A stretch of 37,864 nucleotides of DNA from Acidobacteriota bacterium (lineage in GTDB: Bacteria > Acidobacteriota > Thermoanaerobaculia > Gp7-AA8): NCBI GenBank assembly GCA_019244185.1, contig JAFATB010000017.1, positions 1 through 37,864 of the forward strand, written 5' to 3'. Position numbers and translations under genes: made by a program. Under the pieces are notes generated by a model that saw nothing but the letters and a program-made list of their open reading frames with translations, had not been told where the DNA came from and did no database searches. Position 1 is the first letter of the stretch. Every line of letters starts with the position of its first letter. Positions 25,868-33,771 of this stretch are shown here, one piece after another.

Positions 25868-26449
25868 TCACGCGGAACGCCGCAGCGTCTTCTCGATGCG
25901 GCGGTCGGGCACCAGCCACACCAGCGCCACCGTCACGTAAATAGCGACGGCGAGCCAGCGCCAGACGAAGCCGAGCGGGATCGCCGCCGCGTACAACACG
26001 AGCGACGCTTTCCCTTTGAGGTCGTGATGCAGCGCCTCCGCCACCTCGGCCGTCATGCCGTGGTGCGCGATGATCACCGTCTGCAGGATCGTGTACGCGA
26101 TCGCGCAGAACAGCAGCACCGTTCCGTACAGCGCGAGCGGCAGCGGCGCGAAATGGCTGTTCCCGACCCAGCCCGTGCCGAACGGAATGAGCGAGAGCCA
26201 GAACAGCAGATGCAGATTCGCCCACAAGACCGCGCCGTCGACCTGCTTCGTCGCGTGCAGCATGTGATGGTGATTGTTCCAGTAAATGCCGAGGATCACG
26301 AAGCTGAGGACGTACGCGAGAAACACCGGCAGGACCGGTACGAGCGCCGCCCACTCCGCGCCGTCCGGCGAGTGCAGCTCCAGCACCATGATCGTGATCA
26401 GAATGGCGATGACCCCATCGCTGAACGCCTCGACGCGACCTTTCGTCAT
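25868..26449 (-). CDS. TMEM175 family (DUF1211) potassium channel
   Basis: RVEAFSDGVIAILITIMVLEL (FSD motif), YVLSF..LGIYWNNHH and LWANLHLLFWLSLIPF. Confidence 0.93.
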   Translation of the reverse strand: MTKGRVEAFSDGVIAILITIMVLELHSPDGAEWAALVPVLPVFLAYVLSFVILGIYWNNHHHMLHATKQVDGAVLWANLHLLFWLSLIPFGTGWVGNSHFAPLPLALYGTVLLFCAIAYTILQTVIIAHHGMTAEVAEALHHDLKGKASLVLYAAAIPLGFVWRWLAVAIYVTVALVWLVPDRRIEKTLRRSA

Positions 26450-26493
26450 GTGATGCAGAGTACGGCAAGTCGCACGCGATCAGCCCGCGCAAC

Positions 26494-27201
26494 TCATCTC
26501 TGCGCCCACCACGGCGGCGGCGGTTGCCGCCGCCGTGAGCGGGTGAAGCCGCCGAAGGGGGCGATGAGGAGCATGCCGATGACGAAGCCGCCGATGTGGG
26601 CGAAGTAGGCGGTGCCGCCAACGTCCTGCGCGTCCGGCACACCCAGCGAGCCGACGCCGCTGAAGAGTTGCAGGATGAACCAGAAGCCGAGGATGAGGAT
26701 CGCCGGAAGCTCGCGGATGGTGATGAAGATGAAGATCGGGATGAGCGTGGTGACGCGCGCGTGCGGATAGAGAATCAGATACGCACCGAGCACGCCGGCG
26801 ATGGCGCCGGAGGCGCCGATCGCGGGCAGGCGGGACGCGGGGCTGAAGAGCGCGTGCGCGTAGGTCGCGCCGAAGCCGCAGGCGAAGTAGAAGAGGAAGT
26901 AACGAACGTGGCCGATGCGGTCTTCGACGTTGTCGCCGAAGATCCAGAGGTAGAGCATGTTCCCGGCGATGTGCAGCAGGCCGCCGTGCAGGAACATGGA
27001 GATCACGATCGTGAAGAGGTCGGCGACCCAGTTGCCCGGAAGCCAGAAGCGCGCTGGGATGAAGGCGACGTTGAAGACCGCCTGATCGAGCGCACCGCCG
27101 AGGGAGAGCTCCCAGAGGAACATCAGCACGTTCGCGCCGATGATCAAGTAGTTGACGATCGGCACCGTGCGGCGCGGGTTGTTGTCGCGCAGCGGAATCA
27201 T
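26494..27201 (-). CDS. Rhomboid family intramembrane serine protease
   Basis: MIPLRDNNP, SMFLHGGLLHIAGNMLYLWIFGDNVED, GASGAIAGV (catalytic Ser) and AHIGGF (catalytic His). Confidence 0.95.
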   Translation of the reverse strand: MIPLRDNNPRRTVPIVNYLIIGANVLMFLWELSLGGALDQAVFNVAFIPARFWLPGNWVADLFTIVISMFLHGGLLHIAGNMLYLWIFGDNVEDRIGHVRYFLFYFACGFGATYAHALFSPASRLPAIGASGAIAGVLGAYLILYPHARVTTLIPIFIFITIRELPAILILGFWFILQLFSGVGSLGVPDAQDVGGTAYFAHIGGFVIGMLLIAPFGGFTRSRRRQPPPPWWAQR

Positions 27202-28046
27202 GGCGTCCGCCGCAGGCGCCGCGCCGCCACCGCGGGATCGACGACCTGGATGAACGCACCGGTACCGAGCTCGAGTCCGGCCAGCGTGGCCACGCGCGGG
27301 AAGAGGTCGATGTACGCGTGCGCCGCGTCCGCGCGCGGGAAGTTGAGAAACGTCCAGTTGTACGCCGGCGCGATCGCGGTCATGGCGGCAGAGGCTTCAC
27401 GCAGAAGCGAGGCCAGCTCCGCCGCCGCGTCCGCCGCGAGCGGCATCAGGTCGCGCACGTGTGCCTTCGGCACGATCCACTGCTGATACGGCATCCACGA
27501 ATCCCGCGGCGTCAGCCAGACGAAGGACGTCGTCTCGCGGACGATCAGCGCGTCGTCGCGCTGCTCGTGCAGCATTGCGCAGATCGGACAGCGCGCAGCG
27601 CGCGCGAACGCGTGCGTCTCGCGCTCGATGCGCGGCGGCATGAACGGCAGCGGCACGAGCTGCGAGTGAATGTGCGCGAGCGACGAGCCGGCGCGTTCGC
27701 CGTGGTTCTTGAACAGCGCCACGTGCGGCGCGTCCGCATGCGTGGCGTAGCGTTGCGCGTACATCCGCACGACGTCTTCGGCGCGTTCGAGATCGTGAAA
27801 CGCATCGGAGTGCCGCGGCGACTCGATCAGCACTTCCGCGCCGTCCGCCGGCGGATATTTGTTCGGCACGACCCTCACACGCCACGGCTCACCACTGCGC
27901 GCGACCTCGGCGGGCGTGTCGTCTTCGTGGCCGGGACAGAACGGGCAGCGTTCCTCCTGCGGCGCGCCGAGAAACGCGCGCGGCCGCGCGCCGCGTTCGG
28001 GCGCGTAGACAATCGGCTCTCCCGTCAGCGGATGATGGCGCAGCAT
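27198..28046 (-). CDS. Galactose-1-phosphate uridylyltransferase-like (HIT-superfamily) nucleotidyltransferase
   Basis: HPLTGE..VYAPERGARP, CPFCPGHE, RVVPNKYP, EVLIESPRH, FKNHG..AGSSLAHIHSQ (HxH) and GLELGTG. Confidence 0.85.
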   Translation of the reverse strand: MLRHHPLTGEPIVYAPERGARPRAFLGAPQEERCPFCPGHEDDTPAEVARSGEPWRVRVVPNKYPPADGAEVLIESPRHSDAFHDLERAEDVVRMYAQRYATHADAPHVALFKNHGERAGSSLAHIHSQLVPLPFMPPRIERETHAFARAARCPICAMLHEQRDDALIVRETTSFVWLTPRDSWMPYQQWIVPKAHVRDLMPLAADAAAELASLLREASAAMTAIAPAYNWTFLNFPRADAAHAYIDLFPRVATLAGLELGTGAFIQVVDPAVAARRLRRTP

Positions 28047-28048
28047 GT

Positions 28049-28648
28049 TCAGGAGCGTGCGAGCTTTCGCGCGCGCGCGATGCGCTGCGCAATGCCGAGG
28101 AGCGCGAAGACGACGAGGAGCAGCGACATCCATTCGGCGACGAGGTAGTCGTGCCAGTAGAAGTCGTCCTGATACGACGCGACGAGGATGTGCGAGATGA
28201 GCGGATAGACGATCAGCGCGAGCACGAACTCGCCGCGGCCGACGGTGTCGTATGTCCGCTCGCGCCACGTGGCCTCGATCTGCGTCCCGACATAGCCGTT
28301 GAGCAGCACGGCGATGACGACGGCCAATGCGATCTCGCGGCGCACGCCGTTGCCGAGGAGCCAGCCGGTGATGAGGACGACGTCGCTGACGCGATCGGCG
28401 AAGTGATCGAGGAAATCGCCGAATGCGGACGCCTTTCCCTGCACGCGCGCGACGATGCCGTCGAACGCGTCGGCGGTTCCCGCGACGGCGATGGCGACGA
28501 TGGCGATCAGAAAGCGCCGCTCCCACAACAGCCACGCGGCGACGACGCTCAGCGCGAGCGCGAGCAGCGTGATGGCGTTGGGGGAGAGAGGACAACGACG
28601 CGCGAGCGGTGAGAGCCACCGGTCCATGCGTCCGCGCCAGACATTCAT
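28049..28648 (-). CDS. CDP-alcohol phosphatidyltransferase family protein
   Basis: SPNAIT and signature DAFDGIVAR...SAFGDFLDHFADRVSD. Start placed at the second ATG (28648) because TACGAT overlaps the first ATG (28657). Confidence 0.9.
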   Translation of the reverse strand: MNVWRGRMDRWLSPLARRCPLSPNAITLLALALSVVAAWLLWERRFLIAIVAIAVAGTADAFDGIVARVQGKASAFGDFLDHFADRVSDVVLITGWLLGNGVRREIALAVVIAVLLNGYVGTQIEATWRERTYDTVGRGEFVLALIVYPLISHILVASYQDDFYWHDYLVAEWMSLLLVVFALLGIAQRIARARKLARS

Positions 28649-28673
28649 CGGCGCCATCGTACCCGCGACGGCG

Positions 28674-29510
28674 CTAGTAAATGATCACTTCGTCGCCGAC
28701 GTTGGCCATCGCGTAGAGCCGCGCGATGTCCTCATTGGCCAGTCGCACGCAGCCGTGCGAGACGCTGCGGCCGAGCTGCGAGACCGCCTGCGTGCCGTGC
28801 AGCGCGTATCCGTCGCCGAGGTTGAGGCGGTTCGTGCCGAGAACGTCGGGGAACGAGCGCTGGTTGGTGCCCACCGGCGGAATGACGACGGCGCCGCCGC
28901 GGATGATGAGCTTTCCGGGAGGCAGCGGCACGCCGTCGGAGCAGACGTCGTTGCCGCAGATGGAGAGATCGCCGAGCTGCTGGCCGCGCGTCAGTCGCAC
29001 GACGCTGAGGCCGTTCTCGCGCGCCTGTTCAATGAAGTGCCAGTCGGGCGGCACCCACATCGGATTCTCTTCCTTCGAGAGGATCTTGAAGCGGCCGATC
29101 GGCGTTCTGAACACCATCGTCCGGCCGTCGGCTTCGAGCGACGTGTTCTTCCCCGTCGAGCAGACGGCCTCGAAGACGAGCTGCCCGTTGCGGCGCGCAT
29201 AGACCTTGTTCTCGGCCGTCGAGACGGTGATGACGAAGTCGCTGTCGTTGACGTCTTCGATCTGCTTCTGCGCCGAGCTGACTTCCGACTGCAGGTTCGA
29301 CAGCCGCGTCGACTTCTGCGACATCGACTGCTGCAGCGCGGTGACCTGTTGTTTGACCTGGTTCTGAATGGCGCGGTCGACGGTCTCGACGCGGCGCAGC
29401 TTGCGCGCGTCCGAAACGGTGATCGCCTCCGCGGCGACGGCGTATCCGAGAATGCCGAGGCCGAGGACGAGGAGCGCCCACGACCCGAGTAATCCGATCC
29501 AGCGTGGCAT
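28674..29510 (-). CDS. L,D-transpeptidase (YkuD) with N-terminal TM/signal and coiled coil
   Basis: CSTG, FRTPIGRF.I..KEENP.W.PP, and YALHGT...LGRSVSHGCVRL (His/Cys intact). Alternative TTG start at 29519. Confidence 0.92.
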   Translation of the reverse strand: MPRWIGLLGSWALLVLGLGILGYAVAAEAITVSDARKLRRVETVDRAIQNQVKQQVTALQQSMSQKSTRLSNLQSEVSSAQKQIEDVNDSDFVITVSTAENKVYARRNGQLVFEAVCSTGKNTSLEADGRTMVFRTPIGRFKILSKEENPMWVPPDWHFIEQARENGLSVVRLTRGQQLGDLSICGNDVCSDGVPLPPGKLIIRGGAVVIPPVGTNQRSFPDVLGTNRLNLGDGYALHGTQAVSQLGRSVSHGCVRLANEDIARLYAMANVGDEVIIY

Positions 29511-29525
29511 CGTTGTCAAGTTCCT

Positions 29526-30248
29526 CTAGTAGATGTAGACCTGCATCCCGGGGTGGATCCGCGGCCAGATGGCGTTCAGGACGTCCTCCGAGACCATGAT
29601 CGAGCCGGGCTTCGGCCCTTTGAGCGGGCTATCCGGTGACGGCGGCGTGTGGATCACGTAGCCGTTCGGGAGAAACAGCACGTACTTACCGAGGCCGCCG
29701 GTGATGGTCGGCGGATTCGGCGGCGGCGTCTGGCCGTTCATCGCGTACACCCACGGCGGGATCGTCCACGCGTAGTCGACGATCTTCGACTGCACGGGGA
29801 ACGCGCCCTTGACCGGGATGAACGTCCAGTGTTCGTTGCCCGCGGCGATCGTGCGCGACTCGCCGAGCTGCACGTCGGCGTCGCGCAGCACGGTCTTCGC
29901 GTACATGAAGCGCAGCTTGTGCGCGCGCGTGTCGACGGACAGATAAAAGTCTTCGGTCTTCAGGCTCGCGGCGAGCTTCATCCGCCCTTCGAGCTCTTTC
30001 TCCAGCTGTCCCTGCGAAAGATCCATGTCCGCGAGCTGGTCTTTGATCGCTTTCACGTCGTCCGGCGTGCGCGCCTCTTCGGTGATGACGTGCGAGAACT
30101 GCGCGGAGACTTCCTCGCGGTGGCGGCGCGCGTAGAGCGCGCCGCCGATGCCGAGGATCAGCAGAAGCAGATTCAGCCAGAGCGGTGGGCGCGGGAATGT
30201 GCGGCGGTCCGGCGCGCCGGGCCGGTCCTGGTTGCGGCGTTCGGGCAT
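29526..30248 (-). CDS. L,D-transpeptidase-like protein lacking the catalytic Cys (Cys replaced by Ser)
   Basis: TM helix, coiled coil and a YkuD-like domain (YLSVDTRAHKLRF, GAFPV, WTIPPW, GGLGKYVLFL, YVIHT, PGSIMV, PGMQVYIY). Ser codon TCG at 29603-29601. Confidence 0.75.
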   Translation of the reverse strand: MPERRNQDRPGAPDRRTFPRPPLWLNLLLLILGIGGALYARRHREEVSAQFSHVITEEARTPDDVKAIKDQLADMDLSQGQLEKELEGRMKLAASLKTEDFYLSVDTRAHKLRFMYAKTVLRDADVQLGESRTIAAGNEHWTFIPVKGAFPVQSKIVDYAWTIPPWVYAMNGQTPPPNPPTITGGLGKYVLFLPNGYVIHTPPSPDSPLKGPKPGSIMVSEDVLNAIWPRIHPGMQVYIY

Positions 30249-30260
30249 ACGCCCGGGGGC

Positions 30261-31091
30261 TTAGGCGAGCGGCGTGCCAGCCAGAGCTTTGGGTTTCCAG
30301 AATGCGCGGACGGAAGCCATGAGCGCGAGTGCCGCGCCGAACGTGCAGACGATGGTCGCGCCCGTCGGCAAGTCTTTGTAGAACGAGACCAGCACGCCGA
30401 CCGCGCTCACGAGCGCGCCCATCGTCCAGCCGATCGCGAGCCGCGCTCCGATCGTGCGCGCGTACAGCATCGCCGCGACCGACGGGACGATGAGATACGA
30501 GAAGACCAGCAGCACGCCGGCGATCGACACCGACGACGTCACGACGAAGCCGAACGACGTGTAGAACAGAAAGTCCCACCACTTCACGTTCGGGATCTCT
30601 CTGCCGAGCGAGATCGCCAGGAAGCGGCTGCGGAAGATGAAGTGGAAGAGCCCGACCGCGGCGTAGAGGATCGCCGTCTTGATGACCGTCGCCCACGACA
30701 CCGTGAGGATGTTGCCGACGAGCATGTCCTTGAGGTGCTCGGTGCCTTCGGGCGCCTTCGACATCGCCAGAATCGCGGCGGCGGCGCTGACGGCATACAC
30801 GATGCCGATGATGGCTTCCTGCGGGATGCGCGTCTGATGGTGCGTGCGCGTCATCGCGAAGACCGCGGCGCCGATGATGGTGAAGCCGAGCGACCAGAAG
30901 TAGGTCACCGGATCGTGCAGGTCGTGGCCGGCGAGATACGCGGCGGTGGTGCCGAGCGCGGCGATCTGCGCGAGCGAGAGGTCGACGAAGATCACGCCGC
31001 GCTCGACGACGTGCACGCCGAGGTACGCGTGGATGCCGGTGAGAATCAGGCCGGCGAGGAACGGCAGCAGGAGAAAGTTCAGAACGTCCAT
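30261..31091 (-). CDS. Zn/Mn-type metal ABC transporter permease
   Basis: YLGVHVVERGVIFVDLSLAQIAALG, QEAIIGIVY, LVGNIL and AGVLLVFSYLIVP. Confidence 0.92.
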   Translation of the reverse strand: MDVLNFLLLPFLAGLILTGIHAYLGVHVVERGVIFVDLSLAQIAALGTTAAYLAGHDLHDPVTYFWSLGFTIIGAAVFAMTRTHHQTRIPQEAIIGIVYAVSAAAAILAMSKAPEGTEHLKDMLVGNILTVSWATVIKTAILYAAVGLFHFIFRSRFLAISLGREIPNVKWWDFLFYTSFGFVVTSSVSIAGVLLVFSYLIVPSVAAMLYARTIGARLAIGWTMGALVSAVGVLVSFYKDLPTGATIVCTFGAALALMASVRAFWKPKALAGTPLA

Positions 31092-31095
31092 CGAA

Positions 31096-32004
31096 TTACT
31101 TGAGCGCTTTCACGAGATTGTTGATGTTGGTGTCGAAGAGCGAGAAGTAGTCGTCGGTGCCGCTTTTTCCGCCGCCGACGGACGGGTAGAGCACGACCAG
31201 CTTCGCGCCGGTGCGGTCGGCGATCGACTGCGGCGTCTTCGAGTCGAAGTACGGCTCCATGACGATGGCCTTCACGTTCTGCTTCTTCATGAGGTTGATG
31301 AGCTCGAACGTGTGCGACGGCGACGGCGGCACGCCCGGCTTCGGCTCGACGTAGCCGACCACGTTGAGGCCGTAGCGGCGCACGAAGTTCGGCCAGGAGT
31401 TGTGGTACGTGACGATGTTCGTGCCGCGGAACGGCGCGAGCTCCGCGGTCCAGCGTTTGTTCGCGTCGTTCATGCGCTGCTTGAACGTGTTGAGGCGCTG
31501 CTGAAAGTACGCGGCGTCGTCGGGGCGCATCTCCTCGAGCTTGTGCTCGATCTGGATTCCGATGCGCACGGCGTTCGCGGGATCGAGCCAGTAGTGCGGA
31601 TTGCCGAGCGGATGGACGTCGCCCTGCGCTCGGCTGACCGGCCCGGTCGGACGGTCGAGGATCTCGACGCCCCGCGAGAGGTCGAGATAGCCGGGCGCGC
31701 CCACGGCGATCTTCGCGTTGCGCGACTGATCGATGAGCGGCGGCAGCCAGCCGATCTCGAGATCGAGACCGACCACTTCGAGCAGGTCGGCGTTGCGCAG
31801 CAGCAGGAGGAAGCTCGGCTTCGGTTCGACGAAATGCGGGTCCTGATAGCCGCGCGCGATGGACGTGACGTCGACGCGATCGCCGCCGACCTCGCGCGTG
31901 ATCGACGCGAAGTCGGAGATCGTGCTGACGATGTTCAGTTTGTTCGCGGCGAAGGTGCTCGTCGCGGTGAGGAGCAGCAGAGCGAAAACGAAAATGCGTT
32001 TCAT
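31096..32004 (-). CDS. Metal ABC transporter substrate-binding protein (TroA/ZnuA-like)
   Basis: SD AGGAG and signal peptide MKRIFVFALLL. Motifs QDPHFVEPKPS, GDVHPLGNPHYWLDP, YHNSW and EPKPGVPPSPSH. Confidence 0.93.
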   Translation of the reverse strand: MKRIFVFALLLLTATSTFAANKLNIVSTISDFASITREVGGDRVDVTSIARGYQDPHFVEPKPSFLLLLRNADLLEVVGLDLEIGWLPPLIDQSRNAKIAVGAPGYLDLSRGVEILDRPTGPVSRAQGDVHPLGNPHYWLDPANAVRIGIQIEHKLEEMRPDDAAYFQQRLNTFKQRMNDANKRWTAELAPFRGTNIVTYHNSWPNFVRRYGLNVVGYVEPKPGVPPSPSHTFELINLMKKQNVKAIVMEPYFDSKTPQSIADRTGAKLVVLYPSVGGGKSGTDDYFSLFDTNINNLVKALK

Positions 32005-32012
32005 CGGGTCTC

Positions 32013-33356
32013 CTAGAACGTATGCGCGCCGTGCGCGCCGATGGCGAATTGCAGTTGCAGAAGAAGTTCGTTGTACGAGGGACCGTGATCGCCGAGCATC
32101 GTGCGCCGCAGCTGCGCGCGCAGCTGGCTGAACTCGGAGGGCCAGAAGCTGATCGTGCCGGAGATCGCGTGATCGGTATCGAGTCCGATCGCGGCGAGCC
32201 GGTCGGAGCGATCGAAGCGCACGCCGGCGAACCAGCGCTGCGCGAGCTGGTAGTCGGCCGACGCGTAGTAGCCGTAGAGCGTGTCGCTCGCATCCGCACG
32301 CTCGTTCGCGAGTCCTTCGAAGCGCACGATGAGCGAGTTGTAGATCGAGCGCATCAGCGGCTTCCAGCGATACGTGACGTCGACGCCGGTGAAGCGGTTG
32401 TGGCCTTGAATGGCCACGTCGGAAATCTGCGGCAGCGTCCCTGTCGCGTAGCTCGCGCCGACTTCGAGATTGCTGTTCTCGCTGAGGTCGCGGAACGCTT
32501 TCACGTGCGCGTTGTAGAAGAGGTCGTTCTGCGCGGTGCGGCCGAAGACGCCTTCGACGTCGCCGCTGTACACCTCGCCGGTGACCTCGAGGTACGTGTT
32601 CCACGGATTGGGGATCGCGCGGCTGACGGAGATGCCGACGTCGTTGAGCCCTTCGTCGCCGAAGAAGCGCGTGATCATCAGCGGCTCGTCGACCCACGGC
32701 CGCACGTGCGTGTGCCACGTGTTGGCCTTGCCGAACGTCGCTTTGGTCTTGCCGACTTTCGCGCTGAGACCCCACGGCAGCGCGGTGAAGAGCGCGTAGC
32801 CTTCTTCGACGTCGATGCCCTGGCGGTTGATCGAGAGGAAGAAGCGCCCTTTCGCGTACGGATCGATCGCGGCTTCCGCGGCGAGCTCCACTTCATCGAC
32901 GTCGAACGGCGCGCGTTCTTCGAGCGGGTTGACGTCGCCGGCATGGCCGAGGAATGTGCCGATCACGGAGAGATCGGGATTGAGCGCTTTCGCCGCGCCG
33001 GGATTGCTCGCGTTCTCGACGGTCTGCACGTCCGTGAGCGCGGGCGCGGCGTTCGGCTCCTGCGTCGTGTTCGCGGGCGCGGGCGTCGTCGCCGGTTGCG
33101 TCTGCGCCTGCGCGGGCGGCGTGGCGACGTCGATCTTCGTCAGATCTTCTTCCTGCGCCGGCGCGGCTTCGGTCGTCGCCGGCGCCGGTTTCAGTTGCTT
33201 CAGTTCCTGGCGAATCTCTTCCGCCTGCCGCAGCAGTTCATTCAGTTTCTGTTCGAGTTGGTTGATGCGATCGTCCTGCGCCTGTTGCTGCGCCGCGAGC
33301 GGCGGCGCGGCGAAGGCGGCGAGCACGAGCAACATGCCGAGACCACGACGGGTCAT
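32013..33356 (-). CDS. Outer-membrane beta-barrel/porin-like protein associated with metal uptake
   Basis: Signal peptide, short coiled coil, P/A/T/Q-rich linker, then NPDLSVIG, EVEL.....IDPY, VEEGY, FGKANTWHTH and SEFSQLRAQ. His-rich C-terminus QFAIGAHGAHTF with terminal Phe. Confidence 0.8.
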   Translation of the reverse strand: MTRRGLGMLLVLAAFAAPPLAAQQQAQDDRINQLEQKLNELLRQAEEIRQELKQLKPAPATTEAAPAQEEDLTKIDVATPPAQAQTQPATTPAPANTTQEPNAAPALTDVQTVENASNPGAAKALNPDLSVIGTFLGHAGDVNPLEERAPFDVDEVELAAEAAIDPYAKGRFFLSINRQGIDVEEGYALFTALPWGLSAKVGKTKATFGKANTWHTHVRPWVDEPLMITRFFGDEGLNDVGISVSRAIPNPWNTYLEVTGEVYSGDVEGVFGRTAQNDLFYNAHVKAFRDLSENSNLEVGASYATGTLPQISDVAIQGHNRFTGVDVTYRWKPLMRSIYNSLIVRFEGLANERADASDTLYGYYASADYQLAQRWFAGVRFDRSDRLAAIGLDTDHAISGTISFWPSEFSQLRAQLRRTMLGDHGPSYNELLLQLQFAIGAHGAHTF

Positions 33357-33361
33357 CGTCT

Positions 33362-33406
33362 CCTCCTTGCGTAATCGTCGATTCGTGACGAGCTACGCGA
33401 GGGAGG
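33362..33406 (-). promoter_or_regulatory. SD-sequestering hairpin linking the end of the RGPP leader ORF to the porin start
   Basis: Minus strand CCT-C-CCT-C-GCGTAG-C-TCGTC [ACGAATC loop] GACGA-TTACGC-A-AGG-AGG. The 3' arm contains the SD (AAGGAGGAG, 33368-33360). Confidence 0.75.
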
Positions 33407-33662
33407 GAGGGCCGCGCGAAACGAGGACGAGCAACGCGCCGGCGGCGAGTCGCAGCGGCACCGATGCGACCTGCGTCCACGCCACCGTGAGCGGCGCGAC
33501 GATGGGGGAGACGTTGCTGGCCTTGTCGGCACCGAATGCGCAAACAGGGCACACGGGGGCGGCCGAGCTGCCCTCGGGAATGAGGGAGTGGTGATGCACG
33601 ACCGCCTGCCCGACGAGCAGGACGGCCAGCGCGACCACGATGGCTAGCTTCAGATGCCGCAT
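33393..33662 (-). CDS. DUF2946-like leader protein with HHH, CxxC and C-terminal RGPP arrest-like motif (89 aa)
   Basis: MRHLKLAIVVALAVLLVGQAVV-HHH...CPVC...SRGPPSLA*. TATGCT -10-like box 10 nt upstream; alternative start at 33677. Confidence 0.8.
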   Translation of the reverse strand: MRHLKLAIVVALAVLLVGQAVVHHHSLIPEGSSAAPVCPVCAFGADKASNVSPIVAPLTVAWTQVASVPLRLAAGALLVLVSRGPPSLA

Positions 33663-33771
33663 GCGACGGCGTAGCATAGCTCGTTTTCTGCGCCGTTCGT
33701 CGTCAGGGAACCGCAAAGGAATTTATATCGGCGAAGGCGAATTTGTGTGACTCGTTAGGAGACTTGGCAAC

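Noticed and set aside
33678-33771. Zur/Fur box or ECF-sigma promoter between the metal operon and trxA
   Set aside because: No convincing AT-rich palindrome was found, and the GGAAC/GGAAT candidates lack a properly spaced -10 element.
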